Part shown: one piece after another, positions 28,392-32,000 of the stretch
Layout of the letters: the number at the start of each line of letters is the position of its first letter
How positions within the stretch are numbered: the first letter of the stretch is position 1
Source: Synechocystis sp. PCC 7338
GTDB taxonomy: Bacteria; Cyanobacteriota; Cyanobacteriia; Cyanobacteriales; Microcystaceae
Length of the DNA: 32,000 bases
Direction: 5' to 3'
Assembly: GCF_018282115.1 (NCBI RefSeq)
Contig: NZ_CP054306.1
Span: forward strand, 821,488-853,487
Made by a program: the position numbers and the translations under genes
The notes under the pieces: generated by a model
Told to the model about the DNA's origin: nothing
Database searches by the model: none
What the model saw: only the letters and a program-made list of their open reading frames with translations

Positions 28392-28398
28392 ATTGCCC

Positions 28399-29619
28399 AT
28401 GGTGCCTGAGCCTAAAATCCTGCCGAAGTTTATTGATTTGGCGATCGCCGGGGCGGGGCCCCAAGCCCTGACCTTAGTGACCCATTTACTGCAAAAAAGA
28501 AAACGCCTGCGGGGAAGATTTGTGGTATTTGATCCCAGTGGTGACTGGCTCCAGCGTTGGCAATACCAATTTGCGGCGGCGGAAATTCCCCATCTACGCT
28601 CCCCGGCGGTGCATCATCCCGACCCCAATCCCCATGCCCTCCGTACCTTTGCAGAACAACGCCCCCAGGAATTATTCCCCCCCTACGATTTACCCGGTAC
28701 AGATCTATTTTGGGAATTTTGCCAAGAGGTTATCGAGCGGTGGCAATTGCGAAATTTGGTTTACCCTGCCCAGATCAGGGACATAGAACCTCTAGAACAT
28801 CAGAATCGACAGCGATTTCGTCTTTGGTTAGCGGATGGTCAATCAATACTGACCCGTAGGGTGGTGTTGGCGATCGCCGGGGGAAAGCCCCAAATTCCGG
28901 CCTGGGTGGATCAGATTTCGTCTTCTTATCCAGTCCATACCCTAGCTCATTCAGAAAAAATTGATCTGAGAAGCATGCATCTAACGGGGGAAAAAATTCT
29001 TATCATCGGTAGTGGCCTGACCAGCGGCCATTTGGCGATCGGAGCCATTAAACGGGGAGCCAAGGTACTGATGATGGCCCGGCGGCAATTTTACGAGAAG
29101 CTTTTTGATGCGGAACCGGGCTGGCTAGGCCCTAAATATTTGAAAGGCTTTTATGCTGAACCGAGTTGGGATAAACGCTGGCAGTTGATTCAATCCGCCC
29201 GTAATGGAGGTTCCCTCACCCCTGCGGTATTAACCCATCTACGTCGTCTGGAAAAAGAAGGGTCACTGACTTTTTATGAAAATTGCGAAGTTAGCCAAGC
29301 CCAATGGCAAGAAAATCATTGGCAGGTGAGTTGCAATTATCCCGGAGCTCATGATTGTCTGGCCCATTTAGCGATTGATCGTATTTGGCTCTGTACGGGG
29401 AGCACGATCGACGTTCGGCAATGGCCCCTGCTGAGGGAAATTCAAACCACCTATCCTGCGCCAATGATCCATGGCCTACCAGTGCTGGATTCTGCCCTAC
29501 GTTGGCCTGGTTGCAATTTACACATCATGGGAGGAGCCGCTTCTCTCCAACTCGGCCCTGTGGCCCGGAACTTGGCTGGGGCTAGGATGGCGGGCGATCG
29601 CCTCGTAGGTTGTTTATAA
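28399..29619 (+). CDS. FAD/NAD(P)-binding oxidoreductase (two dinucleotide-binding motifs)
   Basis: ORF 28393..29619 (TTG); the first ATG is at 28399. N-terminal DLAIAGAGPQALTL (GxGxxA) and a second ILIIGSGLTSGHLA (GxGxxG), plus a late WLCTGS motif. The architecture resembles N-hydroxylating/flavin monooxygenase-like enzymes, but the function is unknown. Confidence 0.7.
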   Translation: MVPEPKILPKFIDLAIAGAGPQALTLVTHLLQKRKRLRGRFVVFDPSGDWLQRWQYQFAAAEIPHLRSPAVHHPDPNPHALRTFAEQRPQELFPPYDLPGTDLFWEFCQEVIERWQLRNLVYPAQIRDIEPLEHQNRQRFRLWLADGQSILTRRVVLAIAGGKPQIPAWVDQISSSYPVHTLAHSEKIDLRSMHLTGEKILIIGSGLTSGHLAIGAIKRGAKVLMMARRQFYEKLFDAEPGWLGPKYLKGFYAEPSWDKRWQLIQSARNGGSLTPAVLTHLRRLEKEGSLTFYENCEVSQAQWQENHWQVSCNYPGAHDCLAHLAIDRIWLCTGSTIDVRQWPLLREIQTTYPAPMIHGLPVLDSALRWPGCNLHIMGGAASLQLGPVARNLAGARMAGDRLVGCL

Positions 29620-29659
29620 AAACCAAAGACCATTGGGAGTCCTTGAAAAAAAGACGATA

Positions 29660-31165
29660 TCAAACGTCATAGCCGAACAGATTAGGATTAACTTCCGTTA
29701 AATTAATATCCCCCAAGCCGTACTCGGCCCAGCGTTGGCTAACCTGCTCCGCCATGGCTTGATCCGATTCCAATACCTCTCCCCATTCGTGATCCGTTTC
29801 CGGGGGAATTTTTGTGGTGGCATCGATGCCCATGCGGCCTCCCAAACCAATCTTTTCACTGGCAAAATCAAGGGTATCAAAGGGGGTTTCCGGCAAAATG
29901 AACACGTCTCTCACCGGGTCAACCTTGGAGCTAATAGCCCAAACCACCTGGCGGGGATCCCGAATATTAATGTTCTTGTCCACCACAATGACAAATTTGG
30001 TGTAGGTAAACTGGGGCAGGGCACTCCAAAAGGCCAGGGCGGCCCGCTTAGCTTGGCCGGGATATGCTTTATCGATGGAGATAATGGCGGCTTTATAGCT
30101 CAACGCCTCCATCGGTAGAAAGAAGTCGGTGATTTCCGAAACCTGTTGCCGCAAAATTGGCGTATAAATCCGGTTCAAGGCGATCGCCATCATCGCTTCT
30201 TCCTTGGGGGGACGGCCGCTGAAGGTGGTTAAATAAACAGGATTTTTGCGGTGGGTTAGGCAATGGAACCGCACTAGGGGAGAATCCTCCACGCCGCCGT
30301 AATAGCCCATGTGATCACCAAAAGGCCCATCCGGTAACATTTCACCGGGGGTAATAGTGCCTTCCAACACAAATTCTGAGTCAGCGGGAACTTCCAAATC
30401 TACGGTTTTACATTTAGCTAATGCCACCCCGGAACCACCGTATAGCCCTGCAAATAACCATTCCGATAAATCCACGGGAATCGGTGTGGCCGCCGCCATA
30501 ATGATTAATGGATCTACCCCCAAGGCGATCGCCACTTCTAGTTTTTGGCCTCGTTCCATCGCTTTCCGTAAATGTCTGGCCCCTCCCCGCACCGATAGCC
30601 AATGGACGGTCATGGTGGTTTTGGATTGCAGTTGCAGACGGTAAACCCCCACATTGGGCGTGCCCGTTTCACAGTCCTTGGTGATCACTAAACCAAGGGT
30701 AATAATTTTGCCCGCATCACCGGGGTAGGGACGAATCAGGGGAATTTGATTTAAATCGAGATCGTCATTCCCAATGACCACTTCCTGGCAGGGGGGAAAG
30801 AAGTTGCGCCCCGGTTTAGCCTTGAGCACATCAAACAAGACTTTGCCAAAATCAATGGCCTGGGAAATTTTCTTAGGCGGCTTAGGCTGTTGCAACAGGG
30901 CTAGCTTTTTGCCCAAATCTTCCAATTCCAGGGGATGATCCATATTCATGGCCCAACAGATGCGCTCCACTGTGCCCATCAAATTCATCGCCACGGGGAA
31001 GGGGGAACCCTTGACATTTTCAAACAATAGCCCTGGACCACCAGCCTGTAGCATGCGGTTAGAGATTTCCGCCACTTCCAAATCGGGATCCACCTCAGCG
31101 GTAATGCGGCGCAACTGCCCCCGTGCTTCCAACAACTGGATGAATCCCCGTAAATCTCTGGCCAT
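29660..31165 (-). CDS. ubiD: UbiD-family (prenylated-FMN dependent) decarboxylase, 4-hydroxy-3-polyprenylbenzoate decarboxylase-like
   Basis: ORF 29660..31279. UbiD similarity starts at MARDLRGFIQLLEARGQLRRI (ATG at 31165). The 38 upstream codons (MIRHFKRKYKNNPRE...) read into low-GC DNA and are probably spurious. Confidence 0.9.
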   Translation of the reverse strand: MARDLRGFIQLLEARGQLRRITAEVDPDLEVAEISNRMLQAGGPGLLFENVKGSPFPVAMNLMGTVERICWAMNMDHPLELEDLGKKLALLQQPKPPKKISQAIDFGKVLFDVLKAKPGRNFFPPCQEVVIGNDDLDLNQIPLIRPYPGDAGKIITLGLVITKDCETGTPNVGVYRLQLQSKTTMTVHWLSVRGGARHLRKAMERGQKLEVAIALGVDPLIIMAAATPIPVDLSEWLFAGLYGGSGVALAKCKTVDLEVPADSEFVLEGTITPGEMLPDGPFGDHMGYYGGVEDSPLVRFHCLTHRKNPVYLTTFSGRPPKEEAMMAIALNRIYTPILRQQVSEITDFFLPMEALSYKAAIISIDKAYPGQAKRAALAFWSALPQFTYTKFVIVVDKNINIRDPRQVVWAISSKVDPVRDVFILPETPFDTLDFASEKIGLGGRMGIDATTKIPPETDHEWGEVLESDQAMAEQVSQRWAEYGLGDINLTEVNPNLFGYDV

Positions 31166-31210
31166 GGCAGTCAAAAAACTATACTTTCCACATTTAATAC
31201 TAACAGACTT

Positions 31211-31233
31211 TAGCTTCGAAAATAAGCTATAAT
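31211..31233 (+). promoter_or_regulatory. Perfect TATAAT -10 box overlapped by the inverted repeat TAGCTT-N7-AAGCTA
   Basis: TAGCTT (31211-31216) and AAGCTA (31224-31229) are exact reverse complements. TATAAT at 31228-31233 lies 35 nt upstream of the ATG at 31268. Confidence 0.35.
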
Positions 31234-31267
31234 CTTCTCGTGGATTATTTTTATATTTTCTTTTAAA

Positions 31268-32000
31268 ATGTCTTATCAATCAAATGATTTGGCTAAGTAC
31301 CTTTCAAATATTTTAATAAACATTATCAGAATTCATCCGGAATACCTGCTCGAAAAATACAGAAAGTATGATTGGGATAGCGAGAAAACATCCCAGATCA
31401 TTACAAAATACTTTTCTTATCATCTTAATAATTTAGTTGATAATGGAGAAAATAGTTTTTTTCTAAATATTAGCTTATCCATTTTTCGTAAATTCCTAGT
31501 GCCATTTAGTTTAAGTGATAAAGATATTGTGGACTTATGCATAAAAAACAAATCAATTGAATATAGCAAACACTTAGATGATAAGTCGACAACTTTAGGA
31601 TTTTCAGTACTTTTAATTGACATAGAAAATATTTATTTAGACGTTGTAGAAGAAGACTTAATTAAAAAACTTAGTAGGCATTCTCTAAAACACTACTTGG
31701 CTTTTGGTAACTGGAAAAAGTTGGGAAATAAAGATGAAGAGTTACACAAAAGAGGATATGAACTATTTCACGTGCCTTCAGGCAAAAATAATGCAGATCA
31801 AAGAATGACAAGTATAGGATCTTTTATTTGCCTAAATTATCCTGATATAAAAGAAATTTTTGTTTGTTCTTCGGATAAAGATCTTGAGACTTTATGCAAC
31901 TTTCTATCTCAGAAAGATATTGTCGTCTATCAAGTTTTTCGACAAACCAACAGTTTGTGTATTAAAAATTCTGAAACAAATGAAGTCTTGTCATATCCCA
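31268..32000 (+). CDS. NYN/LabA-like (PIN-fold) nuclease-domain protein with unknown N-terminal region; 3' end beyond the window
   Basis: Hand translation gives 244 codons from the ATG at 31268 with no stop up to the window edge, in ~29% GC DNA where stops should be frequent. It is absent from the ORF track because it lacks a stop. Motifs in NYN order: LLIDIENIYLD (D-x-E-N), SGKNNADQRM (GKN-x-AD), IFVCSSDKDLETLCNFLSQKDIVVYQV (S-x-D-x-D ... L ... V). Confidence 0.7.
   Translation, partial: MSYQSNDLAKYLSNILINIIRIHPEYLLEKYRKYDWDSEKTSQIITKYFSYHLNNLVDNGENSFFLNISLSIFRKFLVPFSLSDKDIVDLCIKNKSIEYSKHLDDKSTTLGFSVLLIDIENIYLDVVEEDLIKKLSRHSLKHYLAFGNWKKLGNKDEELHKRGYELFHVPSGKNNADQRMTSIGSFICLNYPDIKEIFVCSSDKDLETLCNFLSQKDIVVYQVFRQTNSLCIKNSETNEVLSYP

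Noticed and set aside
31166-31279. N-terminal 38 codons of the ORF-track ubiD ORF (MIRHFKRKYKNNPREDYSLFSKLKSVSIKCGKYSFLTA)
   Set aside because: UbiD similarity begins at MARDLRGF (ATG at 31165). The extension is Lys/Asn-rich, lies in the low-GC island and would cover the promoter of the divergent NYN gene, so it is most likely a spurious upstream extension.
1-32000. Scan for CRISPR arrays, tRNA/rRNA genes, transposases/IS ends, integrases and retron-like RT genes
   Set aside because: I saw no regularly spaced 25-40 bp repeats, no cloverleaf-compatible conserved tRNA segments (GTTCGAATC-type T-arms), no rRNA-like stretches, and no ORF with DDE, tyrosine-recombinase or RT motifs.

Overview
This window looks like chromosomal DNA from a Synechocystis-like cyanobacterium. 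The HIP1 octamer GCGATCGC is very dense, and the gene content is mostly housekeeping. The order sir-FTR1-dnaN-trpA-pentapeptide resembles what I recall of Synechocystis sp. PCC 6803, but I could not verify that here.

Supported genes, left to right:
- sugar-phosphate nucleotidyltransferase, HEAT-repeat protein, 2Fe-2S ferredoxin-like protein, FHA protein
- class-V aminotransferase, Uma2 endonuclease, phosphohexomutase, recO
- a GNAT acetyltransferase lying in a low-GC stretch
- a complete pstSCAB phosphate-uptake operon (minus strand) with phased Pho boxes upstream, and a divergent MFS transporter
- apt, then two unknown secreted proteins
- ferredoxin-sulfite reductase, FTR1 iron permease, dnaN, trpA, a pentapeptide-repeat protein, a class I/II aminotransferase
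- a WD40 protein downstream of a COG0523 (CobW-like) GTPase, a divergent flavoprotein, and ubiD

I saw no rRNA, tRNA, CRISPR array or transposase.

Observations most worth a second look:
1. About 29% GC DNA starts abruptly at the ubiD start codon and runs off the right edge. It carries an ORF missing from the supplied track (no stop inside the window), with an unknown N-terminal region fused to a NYN/LabA-like nuclease domain. This may be the first gene of an accessory or defence-type module.
2. The sulfite reductase has a C-terminal tail that looks like a ribbon-helix-helix DNA-binding motif.
3. A roughly 1 kb low-GC, HIP1-free segment holds the GNAT gene behind about 540 bp of ORF-free DNA. 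That DNA contains a near-consensus promoter, a duplicated ~22-nt segment and a tandem 9-mer.
4. A 15/19 match to the Fur-family box sits in the divergent promoter of the COG0523-WD40 pair and the flavoprotein gene.

Several ORF-track starts appear over-extended (ubiD, trpA and others), and I give corrected starts. Everything is read by eye. No database search was possible, so family calls rest on recognisable motifs.
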